The notes below the pieces were generated by a model. That model searched no databases and had not been told where the DNA came from. It saw only the letters and a list, made by a program, of their open reading frames with translations. A program made the position numbers and the translations under genes. Shown piece after piece: positions 1-8,625 of a DNA stretch of 32,000 nucleotides (positions are counted from its first letter, which is position 1; every line of letters starts with the position of its first letter). The DNA comes from Lutisporaceae bacterium (GTDB lineage Bacteria > Bacillota > Clostridia > Lutisporales > Lutisporaceae): assembly GCA_049684915.1 (NCBI GenBank), contig JBAVGO010000086.1:1-32000 (forward strand), written 5' to 3'.

Positions 1-740
1 GGTATAACCTCTCCTGCTCCTGTAGCCTCTGGATAATTATTGCCCAATACAGCACATTCCAGCTCTCTGCCGTTTATGAATTCCTCAATAAGTATTTTTC
101 TATCGTATTTAGCCGCTTCCTTTAGTCCCTGCTCCAGTTCTTGTCTATTGTGAGCCTTTGTTATTCCTACACTGGAGCCCATGTTTACAGGCTTTACAAA
201 TACTGGGTATTGGAACTTAGCTTCAATTCTCTCTATTACTTTTTGTAGCTGATCTTGTACCTCAAATTTATAGGCAACGTCATATTTTGCAACATTTAAT
301 CCTGCATCCATGAAAAGCTGTTTAGATATTACTTTATCCATTCCTAAGGCAGAGCCTATTACTCCACAGCCTACATAAGGAATATTTAGCATTTCAAAGA
401 AGCCTTGAATTGTACCGTCTTCACCGTTTGGTCCATGAAGCACAGGGAATATTACATCAAGCTTTGATTTATGGTTTTCCTCTAGTATAGAGCCTAGCAT
501 CATATCTATTAGCTGGTGGTTATCAAGACACCTTGCTTCACTCTCCCAGCTACCATCTTGAAGCTTCTCAACAGAACCCTGATACAGCATCCACTGCCCT
601 TTTTTTGTTATTCCTATGGTATGTATATTATATTTATTCTTATCCATTGCATTTATTACATTTGTAGCTGACATTAGGGATACTTCATGCTCTCCAGATT
701 TTCCTCCAAATACAACAGCAACATTTAATTTGTTTTGCAT
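1..740 (-). CDS. ddl: D-alanine--D-alanine ligase, N-terminal ~246 codons (the C-terminal end lies beyond the left edge of the window)
   Basis: Absent from the ORF track because it runs off the window. Reverse-complement translation from the ATG at 740..738 reads MQNKLNVAVVFGGKSGEHEVS. It continues through ...KLDVIFPVLHGPNGE... and ends at the window edge with ...ECAVLGNNYPEATGAGEVIP. These are classic Ddl N-terminal and ATP-grasp motifs. A GGGAGGG Shine-Dalgarno (747..753 on +) lies 6 nt upstream. Confidence 0.9.
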   Translation of the reverse strand, partial: MQNKLNVAVVFGGKSGEHEVSLMSATNVINAMDKNKYNIHTIGITKKGQWMLYQGSVEKLQDGSWESEARCLDNHQLIDMMLGSILEENHKSKLDVIFPVLHGPNGEDGTIQGFFEMLNIPYVGCGVIGSALGMDKVISKQLFMDAGLNVAKYDVAYKFEVQDQLQKVIERIEAKFQYPVFVKPVNMGSSVGITKAHNRQELEQGLKEAAKYDRKILIEEFINGRELECAVLGNNYPEATGAGEVI

Positions 741-904
741 CTGCAACCCTCCCAAAAGATTTACTACTATTATTATATTATTATTCTATATATTTTGCAC
801 TAAACATTTTACATTAAATACAAAATGTGCAAAATATTTTCGTTGATTCATATGTGGAGCTAAAATTTCACATTAATATACTTATATAGCATATATTGTG
901 CCTT

Positions 905-938
905 ACAGCAAAAACCCGATCGGTGAATACCGATCGGG
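905..938 (-). terminator. Rho-independent terminator downstream of the SASP gene
   Basis: Perfect 9-bp stem CCCGATCGG (915..923) / CCGATCGGG (930..938) with a 6-nt loop. On the minus strand it is followed by TTTTT. It starts 7 nt after the stop codon at 945..947. Confidence 0.75.
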
Positions 939-944
939 TTAATT

Positions 945-1118
945 CTATCTTCCTTGTGCCATGTTTCTTTCTGCCATTTCTATTGCCTTTTTTACCATGT
1001 TGCCACAATCTCTTGAGCTTACTCTACCCCAGTCTCCTGATTGAACTAAGTTGTCAACACCAAGCTCTCTTGCTATTTCATATTTTAGATTTTCTGACAT
1101 TAATCCTCTTCTACTCAT
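945..1118 (-). CDS. sspF: alpha/beta-type small acid-soluble spore protein, SspF-like (57 aa)
   Basis: Missed by the ORF track, presumably because it is short. Reverse-complement translation gives MSRRGLMSENLKYEIARELGVDNLVQSGDWGRVSSRDCGNMVKKAIEMAERNMAQGR. From memory this closely parallels B. subtilis SspF (..[43 protein letters not shown]..). A GGAGGG RBS lies just upstream and a strong terminator follows. The + strand ORF 896..1135 in the track is its antisense shadow. Confidence 0.8.
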   Translation of the reverse strand: MSRRGLMSENLKYEIARELGVDNLVQSGDWGRVSSRDCGNMVKKAIEMAERNMAQGR

Positions 1119-1298
1119 TGCGTTGCCCTCCTTAGTGTTATTTATAGTCTATATAACACTTTCCTGACAGCTAAATTTATAATTTTTTGTCATTTTCATT
1201 ATAAACCTGTTGGGTCGCTGTCATTACTATTATTATCTGCATTTTTGTTTAGTTTATATCATGTAATTGGTGGGTTAAATGAGTAATATTGTACGTTG

Positions 1299-2681
1299 CT
1301 ACTGTGTCAAGGTTCCATCTTCGTCTTTTATTATTTGGAGTATATTTTCTTCATTTCCATTTTCTGCATTTATGTAAACAAAGAAGTCATTATCTTTATA
1401 TTTGCCTTTAAATTCATAGCACAAAGCCTCACGATTGCCCGGTAATGGTATTACCGCAAGCTTGACTCTCTCAATTTCCAGTCTTTGAGTTACCTTAGCC
1501 TTAGCTTGTGCCTCTGTCAGCTTAGGTGTTAGATTCTTTCTATTCTTGGGAGCCATTAGGTAATGATAGCTATCAAAGCCCACCACTTCACCATTATCCC
1601 TAGCCACCTTGACCTTCAATAAATCGGGATACAGCAGAATTCCTTCTTTGGTGACTCCGATGAAGGTCATCATTGTTGTATTGTCTTCGTTTAGATAATA
1701 GCTTTCTGCCAAATCTCCAAAGCCTTGTTTTTTTAGAAATTCCTTTGCTTTTTTGGCAGCTTCTTCATTAGAAAGATTCTTCTCGAGAACATCTCTAGAA
1801 TTCAGCATCCACAGTACATGTCCTCCGGTCTTGGTCACATCAATGTTTATTTGATAATCTACCTTGTCACTCTTTGGTGTTGCCTCCAATCCGTAGGTAT
1901 TTATCACTCCACTGCCAGAGCTGACTTCCTTTATTTCGCCTACTTTATCTGATCCAATAAACTTTTTAGCTGCTTCTATAGCCTTTTCTTGATTTACTCT
2001 TTCACCATCTAAGCCCTTGGGCTTTCCTCCGATTACATTTTCAGAAAAAGGTCCGTCATATATAAGAGCTGGATAATCTGTGAAGGTCTCATCCATTTTA
2101 CCAAACTTTACATCTACAGTATTTTTCGAGGCTCTTTTTAGTATCAGCTTACCCTTTTTGCGTATTTCACCAAAGCGTATATCCCCTTGTGAAACTTGTT
2201 TTTCCATATCATAAAGCTCCCTTAGAAGCGTACCTGAATAGCTTTTCAGCTTACCAATTTGCTCAAGCTGCTTATCATCCATCATTTTATTGGCAGCATT
2301 TTGCTTGGAAATTGTAAAGCAGAAGTCTCCTACCTGCGATAGATATTTAGCCGTTTTACTTAAGGCGTTGTGACTTATAGGTAGCTGTCCCAAATTCTCT
2401 GCTGCAGAGAGAGCTTGACGCCAAACCTGCGACATTAGTGTGTTACTCTGTACAGTGGAATTTGTTATCTCAGCCTTATCCAGCAGCACCTTGATATTTT
2501 CTACATCTGTAACCATTTCTCCAAATTCACGCTGATAGGTGTTTTGCAAAAATGTCTGATACTGTTTCCTCTCCTTCCAAGTGTTATAACCAAAAAAAAC
2601 GGAGAGAATCAGCATGGCAGAGACAACTACCAAGGTTTTATGATATTGTTCTCTAGACAACTGCATTTTAAATAGCTTCAT
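1299..2681 (-). CDS. ypeB: germination protein YpeB (PepSY-domain partner of SleB)
   Basis: 460 aa with an N-terminal membrane anchor (LVVVSAMLILSVFFG) and C-terminal PepSY-like repeats. It starts 12 nt after the sleB stop, which is the canonical sleB-ypeB bicistron. Confidence 0.88.
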   Translation of the reverse strand: MKLFKMQLSREQYHKTLVVVSAMLILSVFFGYNTWKERKQYQTFLQNTYQREFGEMVTDVENIKVLLDKAEITNSTVQSNTLMSQVWRQALSAAENLGQLPISHNALSKTAKYLSQVGDFCFTISKQNAANKMMDDKQLEQIGKLKSYSGTLLRELYDMEKQVSQGDIRFGEIRKKGKLILKRASKNTVDVKFGKMDETFTDYPALIYDGPFSENVIGGKPKGLDGERVNQEKAIEAAKKFIGSDKVGEIKEVSSGSGVINTYGLEATPKSDKVDYQINIDVTKTGGHVLWMLNSRDVLEKNLSNEEAAKKAKEFLKKQGFGDLAESYYLNEDNTTMMTFIGVTKEGILLYPDLLKVKVARDNGEVVGFDSYHYLMAPKNRKNLTPKLTEAQAKAKVTQRLEIERVKLAVIPLPGNREALCYEFKGKYKDNDFFVYINAENGNEENILQIIKDEDGTLTQ

Positions 2682-2693
2682 ATTGCTTCCCTC

Positions 2694-3410
2694 CTAATTG
2701 CAGAAATAGTGCTTACCAATAATCTTGATAACAGGTCTCGACCATATCCATTTGCTTGTTGCTTTTGCAGGATTAAAGTAATATATTGCTCCTCCAGAAG
2801 GATCCCATCCATTTAATGCATCCTTTGCCGCCTTAGTGGCAGATTCGCCTGGTGCTAGAAACATCTGTCCATCTGCTACTGCAGTAAATGCTCCAGGTTG
2901 ATAAATTACACCTGCTATGGTATTTGGGAACTTTGGATTATCAACTCTATTTAGAATTACCGCCGCTACTGCTACTTGACCTATGTACGGTTCACCTCTA
3001 GCTTCTCCATGTACGGCTTGTGCTAAGGTATTTACATCATTGCTTCTAGTTACTGTGCCTCTAGTTGTTGTTTTTGCCTGTTCAAATATACCCAATGCCT
3101 TCGCCGTAGCACTTCCTACTACTCCATCCACTTTTAGCCCATTTTTCTTTTGAAACTTGATAACCGACGATCTAGTTATCCAACCATATATACCGTCTAC
3201 GCCACCGTTATAATAGCCCCATTTTTTTAGCTTGGTCTGTACAGTCTTTACCTGAGTGCCTCTTGAGCCATACTTTAGTAGTATAGACCCGGCAGTATCG
3301 CTATAACTATTATTTGAAAAAAAATCATTGTATGACAAAACTCCGAACACTGTGTAGATTATTAGAATTATCATATATGGAGTATATCGTCTTAACTTGT
3401 TGCTAAACAT
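2694..3410 (-). CDS. sleB: spore cortex-lytic enzyme SleB
   Basis: Peptidoglycan-binding repeat (GSRGTQVKTVQTKLKKWGYYNGGVDGIYG...VIKFQKKNGLKVDGVVG) plus a Hydrolase_2/SleB catalytic domain (HGEARGEPYIGQVAVAAVILNRV..PKFPNTIAGVIYQPGAFTAV). I place the start at the ATG at 3410, preceded by AGGAGGTG. The track start at 3443 would add 11 residues with no RBS. Confidence 0.9.
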   Translation of the reverse strand: MFSNKLRRYTPYMIILIIYTVFGVLSYNDFFSNNSYSDTAGSILLKYGSRGTQVKTVQTKLKKWGYYNGGVDGIYGWITRSSVIKFQKKNGLKVDGVVGSATAKALGIFEQAKTTTRGTVTRSNDVNTLAQAVHGEARGEPYIGQVAVAAVILNRVDNPKFPNTIAGVIYQPGAFTAVADGQMFLAPGESATKAAKDALNGWDPSGGAIYYFNPAKATSKWIWSRPVIKIIGKHYFCN

Positions 3411-3590
3411 GTGCCCACCTCCTATATATATCGCATTAAACAATTTGAATTTATAGAATGCACAAATTTCATTGATTTGTGTGTTCTATATAGAATTATT
3501 TTTTGTAAATCCTAGATAATTATTCATTTTAAAGGACGCAAAGCTCTTACAATATTTACATAGAAGTGTAATTTATTTATTTAAATACGA

Positions 3591-3616
3591 TAAAAAAGCA
3601 GACACATTATGTCTGC
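3591..3616 (-). terminator. Rho-independent terminator after spoIIR
   Basis: Stem GCAGACA (3598..3604) / TGTCTGC (3610..3616) with a 5-nt loop. On the minus strand it is followed by TTTTTT (3592..3597). Confidence 0.7.
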
Positions 3617-3636
3617 GTTGGTTGTTGTGGCACTCT

Positions 3637-4314
3637 TTACTGTGTTACAAACAGCTGTCCTACCTTTGCCATTTTATGATTTACCGATTTTGCAATTTCA
3701 ACTATTTTAAACTTAAGCTTTATAGGCATGTCTTCATTTGTTTTGGTAGCTGTAAGAAGTTTATATTCTTCTTCTGTCAAAGATTGCTTCAGCTCACTCA
3801 TAGTTTTCTCCGGTACTACACCATGGGCAATATCTATAAAGCATAAAGGCGGAAACATTACGCACCACCAGTTTTGCCCCTCACCTTTACCCAATACCAC
3901 CTTAAGGGCTTGATAGCTACCTGCTGGCAAAGTCAGATTCCCATAAATTTTTGTTGGAAAATCAAAGCTTCCCATGACAGCCTTTGCTCCATAAATCTTG
4001 TTATCCTGCTGTACTACCTCTTTTGCAATACTCTCAATTAATGCCAAGTTTGAAGCTATTACTTCCCTAACCTCCGATATATCCTTTAAGCCTTCAAATT
4101 TTGGAGATATCTGCTTAATTACTTCATCTCTCACCTTTCTTTTTAGCTCCTGATCCTCCACTGAGTCGCTGTTTGCTACAACATGCAATCTAATCAGCTT
4201 GTCTGCTACATCAGCTAACTCTCTATCAGTATTGATATAAACATAATTAATAATTCCAAACATAAAGAACATTATCAAAAGAAATACACTTGCTTTTATC
4301 ATCCAAGGTTTCAT
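3637..4314 (-). CDS. spoIIR: stage II sporulation protein R (forespore signal for pro-sigma-E processing)
   Basis: 225 aa with an N-terminal signal/anchor. The hallmark LIRLHVVANSDSVEDQELKRKVRDEV motif is present, as is the conserved C-terminal NWWCVMFPPLCF segment. Confidence 0.9.
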   Translation of the reverse strand: MKPWMIKASVFLLIMFFMFGIINYVYINTDRELADVADKLIRLHVVANSDSVEDQELKRKVRDEVIKQISPKFEGLKDISEVREVIASNLALIESIAKEVVQQDNKIYGAKAVMGSFDFPTKIYGNLTLPAGSYQALKVVLGKGEGQNWWCVMFPPLCFIDIAHGVVPEKTMSELKQSLTEEEYKLLTATKTNEDMPIKLKFKIVEIAKSVNHKMAKVGQLFVTQ

Positions 4315-4371
4315 ATATATTCCTCCCTTTGTGAATTATTAGGGCTATATAGATACCAGCCCCTACAACTT

Positions 4372-4401
4372 AATTATTGTCATGGTAATGAGGTTTTATA
4401 C
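4372..4401 (-). promoter_or_regulatory. candidate sigma-F-type promoter for spoIIR
   Basis: The minus strand reads GTATA-15 nt-GACAATAATT. This resembles the forespore sigma-F consensus (GCATR-15-GGnnAnAnTn) and sits about 60 nt upstream of the start codon. It is a match by eye only. Confidence 0.3.
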
Positions 4402-4430
4402 AAAATCAAATTTTATATTTGTACAAGCCT

Positions 4431-5564
4431 CTACTCTATGGTGCCTACCCTTCTAATTGACACTTTAGCCTTAATATCGATTACCACATTGTTGGAAAAA
4501 AAGCTTTCATAATTCTTCTCAATTGATTTGTAGATTTTAGGATTGTGCTTCCGCAAATGTTCTGCAACTCCTATAAGATCAACCTTAAACTCTTTTTGGA
4601 ACTTATTAATTACACTTTTACTTCTATCTTCTACATTTTTTCCTATGCTTTTTTCTAGAGTATCCAATAGCTTTTGCTCCATAAGCTTCTCTCCCCAGAT
4701 ATATTCCGTTGCACTGCCTTCCGCTACCATATAGTAAGTTAGATATATCTTGTCTCCTTCTACCTTTTCCAGTACCAGCTTTGTATTGAAGTCATTATAT
4801 TTGTAAGGTATTTGTATCCCATTATATTCGCCCTCTATAACCCCTCCGCTGGCAGTATTGTTCAGCCAATTCAAGGTTTCACTATCCTTGTCATCTAAAT
4901 ACCCTACCAGCTTGTAGTTTTTGATTATTCCAATGCCTGATACCTTTGCCTCTTCCTCCGAGGCCCTTAGGCTAGGTATCACAGTATCTCCTTCAAAATT
5001 CTCCAGATTATCGTACATCTCATAGGCGGGCATTCTGTAAATACTACTCTGGTACAGGCTATTTTCAGCTATACCGGATATATACATAGCCAAAAGACTT
5101 GTGTATTTGGGTTTAATTTTAAAGACCTCGTCTGCTCTGCCATGCACAGTAAACACATACATATTTCTATGAAATTCGTTAGAGCGTCCTACAGCATCCA
5201 ACACTTCCTTAAATAAGGTTTCATCCTTTAATAAATCTTCGCCAAATATTAAAATCCTAGTATGATGAAAGGATAGTTTTTTGTCCATTCTTTCATATAA
5301 TTGATTTAAGCCATAGGTAAATATAGAGGAAACTGTTTTGTAGGTGCTGAAAGCTTCTCCTCCTCCATCTTTAAGAGCAGCAACTATAGGAGATACAAAA
5401 TTTATAACATATCTATCCGTCGGCTGTGACTTTTCCTCATCCTTAGCCTTGTCTATACCAATTCCCAGCACAAATATTCTGTCCTCTATTTCTACTTTAT
5501 CCCAACAACCCACAAGTAATACTATGCATAGTATCAGTACTAGAACAAGCTTAAAAATCCTCAT
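4431..5564 (-). CDS. Ger(x)C family spore germination lipoprotein (germinant receptor C subunit)
   Basis: 377 aa. Lipobox LLVGCWDKVEIEDR is followed by the typical GerAC-family body. The start overlaps the B-subunit stop by 14 nt. Confidence 0.9.
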   Translation of the reverse strand: MRIFKLVLVLILCIVLLVGCWDKVEIEDRIFVLGIGIDKAKDEEKSQPTDRYVINFVSPIVAALKDGGGEAFSTYKTVSSIFTYGLNQLYERMDKKLSFHHTRILIFGEDLLKDETLFKEVLDAVGRSNEFHRNMYVFTVHGRADEVFKIKPKYTSLLAMYISGIAENSLYQSSIYRMPAYEMYDNLENFEGDTVIPSLRASEEEAKVSGIGIIKNYKLVGYLDDKDSETLNWLNNTASGGVIEGEYNGIQIPYKYNDFNTKLVLEKVEGDKIYLTYYMVAEGSATEYIWGEKLMEQKLLDTLEKSIGKNVEDRSKSVINKFQKEFKVDLIGVAEHLRKHNPKIYKSIEKNYESFFSNNVVIDIKAKVSIRRVGTIE

Positions 5565-6675
5565 TTTTTCTCACCCCAAGCTTTCTTATTGCTGCGATCA
5601 TAAGAGTCGCAATCGGCACTATATATATGAATATAGTGCTTACATATTTGAATATCCAATCTCCCCACTGATATAACTCTGCCAACCCCACAGGCTGTAG
5701 CGCCAAATAATAAATTATTATCATCAGGGGTAGAGCATATTGCTTTTGCTCCTTGGTATTAAATATCTTAGATAGTGAGTAAGTAACTATAAAGAAGCCT
5801 GTTATTATGGTTGTAAATACCGTAATAACCCATAGAGAGAGTATTATACCCTCAAGTCTTTCTATAAACAATCCCGGTATGCTAATATTTCTTATGTATA
5901 GAAGCAATGGCCATATAGCCTTGGTAACAGATTTTGCTCCAAAGGCACTTAATCCGATTATAGAAACCAGTGTGTATAAGCCTGTAACAAACATTAATCC
6001 CCATGCTACAGGCTTATAAGCCTTTTGTGGTTTTTCCATAAACCCGATATAAAATAGTATATATTCAATGCCTCTAAATGCGCGAGGTGCATGAGGAAGC
6101 ATCCGTTGAAATTTTGTTACTATATCGCTTCCAACTGGAAGGAGATTTGATAAATCCACGTTTGGCAAGCCCGGTATCAACACAAGGAAAAAGGGTATGA
6201 ACAAAATTGGGAAGGTTATTTCCACCAGTCTACTCACACTCTCAACTCCGCCCCTAACTACATATACACACACTAGTATAAGTGCAAATATTATAATCTC
6301 GCTGGGAGTACGTGGCAGTAAAAACATTTTTGCCACTTCTGTAAATTCCCTTACCTCGTAGGACAGATTCAGCATTATGTAGCAGGATACAAGAAAAACC
6401 AATAGCTTCCCAGGTATTACACCTATTATCTCTTGTATGTACTCAGGAAAAGTTTTTCCTGGGAACATACAGTTTAGCCTTATAAGCAAAAATGCAATAA
6501 AAATATGAGCTATTCCCATTACAGCCATGATCATCCAGCCATCATTGCCTCCAAATTTTGCCACTACATTAACAATATTAAAAACACTTACTCCTATTAT
6601 TGTCATTATGACTATCATTGCAAGCTGATAGGGTGAAATATTATCATTATTTCTTATCATTCTGCTCTTCCCCAT
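5551..6675 (-). CDS. spore germination protein B subunit (GerAB/APC-superfamily permease)
   Basis: 374 aa, about 10 predicted TM helices, N-terminal ISPYQLAMIV motif typical of GerAB-type proteins. An alternative start at 6660 (MIRNN) is possible. Either start overlaps the A-subunit 3' end. Confidence 0.88.
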   Translation of the reverse strand: MGKSRMIRNNDNISPYQLAMIVIMTIIGVSVFNIVNVVAKFGGNDGWMIMAVMGIAHIFIAFLLIRLNCMFPGKTFPEYIQEIIGVIPGKLLVFLVSCYIMLNLSYEVREFTEVAKMFLLPRTPSEIIIFALILVCVYVVRGGVESVSRLVEITFPILFIPFFLVLIPGLPNVDLSNLLPVGSDIVTKFQRMLPHAPRAFRGIEYILFYIGFMEKPQKAYKPVAWGLMFVTGLYTLVSIIGLSAFGAKSVTKAIWPLLLYIRNISIPGLFIERLEGIILSLWVITVFTTIITGFFIVTYSLSKIFNTKEQKQYALPLMIIIYYLALQPVGLAELYQWGDWIFKYVSTIFIYIVPIATLMIAAIRKLGVRKNEDF

Positions 6676-8254
6676 TTCCGTTTTCCCTATTGTTATCTTC
6701 TTGTTTTATTTTATCTCTGTTGTTTATCATTCTGATTTTGTCATTTGCAATACCTAAAGGTCTGTTTTTCATCATAAACATTGGCAATCTCACCATAGTG
6801 TCCTTTAAGTCACTGACTGTAAAGGATACAAACGGTGACAAATACGGTGTTCCAAAGCTTTTCAATCTAACCAAATGTCCCAGCATCAAAAGTAAAACTA
6901 GCACTATTCCATATAGACCTAAGAAGCCTGCTGCAAGTATGAGTAAAAATCTAAACAGCCTAAAAGCATGTGAAAATCCATAATCTGGTATGGAAAAAGA
7001 GGAAATTGCGGTAACTGCCACAATTATCACCATAATAGGACTTACTATTCCCGCCTCAACTGCTGCCTGCCCTATTACCAAACCGCCTACAATACCTACG
7101 ACTCCCCCTATTAAGGTGGGCAGTCTTACACCTGCTTCTCTCAAAAGTTCAAAGGTAAGCTCCATAATAAGTGCCTCTATCACAGCAGGAAAAGGAACTC
7201 CCTCCCTGGCGGCAGCTATAGATAGCACCATCTTAGTAGGCATGATACCGGGGTGATAGGAGGTACCTGCTATATATAATGCAGGAGTTATAAGTGACAA
7301 AGTGCCTGCAATAAATCGCATTAATCTTAAAGTAGTTGCTGGAATCCATCTTATATAATGATCCTCAGCTGCGTGAAAAAAAGTGTTAAAGGTAGCAGGT
7401 ACAATCAAGACAAATGGCGTATTGTCAACTAGTATTGCTACTTTACCCTGGTATAATTCAGATGCAACCTTATCCGGCCTTTCTGTTGCCTTTATTTGTG
7501 GAAACAGAGAATATGGGTTGTCTTCTATAAGCTCTTCTATGTATCCACTATCCAATATTGCATCTATATCTATGGTAGAAAGTCTTCTTTTAACCTCTAA
7601 AACAAGCTCAGGCTTTGCAATATCCTCTATATACATAATCCCTATGTCTGTAAAACTTCTTCTTCCAATTTGCATTTGTTTAAGCTTTAGCTTGGGGTCT
7701 CTTATCCGCCTCCTCACCAAGGCAGAGTTGAATCTATATGTCTCTGTAAACCCTTCTTTTGGCCCTCTTATTACTGCTTCAGTTGTAGGCTCCGATATTC
7801 CTCTGGCAGGCCAGCCCTTAGTACCTATTACTATTATATTGACAGTACCGTCAATAAGCATTACAGTATCTCCGGTAAGTATAGCCAGCACTGCATCATC
7901 TATGTTTCTTACTTCTTTTAGCTCAGGTGATGGTATCGATCCATAACGTACCAGTTTAAAAAGCTCATCCTTAAGCTCAGGTGCATCTGGAGGAATCTCT
8001 CTGGCATGGTACATCAAGTCAGCCAGTATGGAGTCATTTATAAAGGGCTTATCAACCAAACCGTCAGTAAATATCACTGTAAATTTCAGGTTCTGCTCTT
8101 TTCCTACTCTAAATTCCTTGTATATAACATCTTCACAATCTGTAAGTAAAAGCTTAATTTTTTCTACATTTTCATCAAGACTAGTAGTGCTTTCTATTTT
8201 ATAGCTTTCATTTTTGGTCTTCTCAGCCATTTTTCTTCTTGTAAAAAGCCCCAT
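6647..8254 (-). CDS. spore germination protein A subunit (GerAA family)
   Basis: 535 aa. Soluble N-terminal domain (..FTDGLVDK..ILTGDTVMLIDG..GWPARGISEP..E.VIRGPKEGF.E) followed by the C-terminal membrane domain typical of GerA-family A subunits. Confidence 0.92.
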   Translation of the reverse strand: MGLFTRRKMAEKTKNESYKIESTTSLDENVEKIKLLLTDCEDVIYKEFRVGKEQNLKFTVIFTDGLVDKPFINDSILADLMYHAREIPPDAPELKDELFKLVRYGSIPSPELKEVRNIDDAVLAILTGDTVMLIDGTVNIIVIGTKGWPARGISEPTTEAVIRGPKEGFTETYRFNSALVRRRIRDPKLKLKQMQIGRRSFTDIGIMYIEDIAKPELVLEVKRRLSTIDIDAILDSGYIEELIEDNPYSLFPQIKATERPDKVASELYQGKVAILVDNTPFVLIVPATFNTFFHAAEDHYIRWIPATTLRLMRFIAGTLSLITPALYIAGTSYHPGIMPTKMVLSIAAAREGVPFPAVIEALIMELTFELLREAGVRLPTLIGGVVGIVGGLVIGQAAVEAGIVSPIMVIIVAVTAISSFSIPDYGFSHAFRLFRFLLILAAGFLGLYGIVLVLLLMLGHLVRLKSFGTPYLSPFVSFTVSDLKDTMVRLPMFMMKNRPLGIANDKIRMINNRDKIKQEDNNRENGNGEEQNDKK

Positions 8255-8282
8255 AGATATACCTCCAAATCAGTTATTGCCC

Positions 8283-8489
8283 TTATATTCTGGAAACCAC
8301 ATAAAGCACAAAGGGTAGAATCAAGTACATAATACCCATAATCAAAGTAATTCTTGAATCGTTTTTGTGTTTCATTGCCTTAAAAATGGGGTAATCCCAT
8401 AAAAGCAGAAACATTCCAATAGCTAAAATAACAAAAAATACTGTTATATCATAAAAATTCTTTATATTTTGTACTATTGCGTTTATCAT
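8283..8489 (-). CDS. small two-TM membrane protein, first cistron of the germinant receptor operon (possible receptor D subunit)
   Basis: 68 aa from the ATG at 8489, preceded by GGGAGTGGGTG. Two hydrophobic helices are visible (ITVFFVILAIGMFLLLW and ITLIMGIMYLILPFVLYVV). The stop is 28 nt before the gerAA-type start with no terminator between. Confidence 0.55.
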   Translation of the reverse strand: MINAIVQNIKNFYDITVFFVILAIGMFLLLWDYPIFKAMKHKNDSRITLIMGIMYLILPFVLYVVSRI

Positions 8490-8566
8490 TTCACCCACTC
8501 CCAAATCTGTTGCTGTACTCCTGTTATGCTATTTTTTGCAGAGAGAAGGTAATATATACATAAAAT

Positions 8567-8590
8567 AATTCGGTGCAAATGCACCGAATT
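8567..8590 (-). terminator. terminator after the nucleotidyltransferase gene
   Basis: Perfect 10-bp stem AATTCGGTGC (8567..8576) / GCACCGAATT (8581..8590) with a 4-nt loop and T/A-rich flanks on both sides. It separates the ispE operon from the ger operon. Confidence 0.7.
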
Positions 8591-8625
8591 TTTTTATTGT
8601 ATATATTATTTCGCATAAACTTATA

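Noticed and set aside
616-1135. Plus-strand track ORFs 616..846 and 896..1135
   Set aside because: The opposite strand encodes the Ddl N-terminus and the sspF-like SASP, both with RBS and clear homology motifs. The plus-strand translations are low-complexity.
7383-7946. 187-aa plus-strand ORF (also 6618..6983 and 6990..7256) inside the gerAA-type gene
   Set aside because: These are antisense shadows of a strongly supported A-subunit CDS, with Ser/Ile/Leu-rich translations and no start context.
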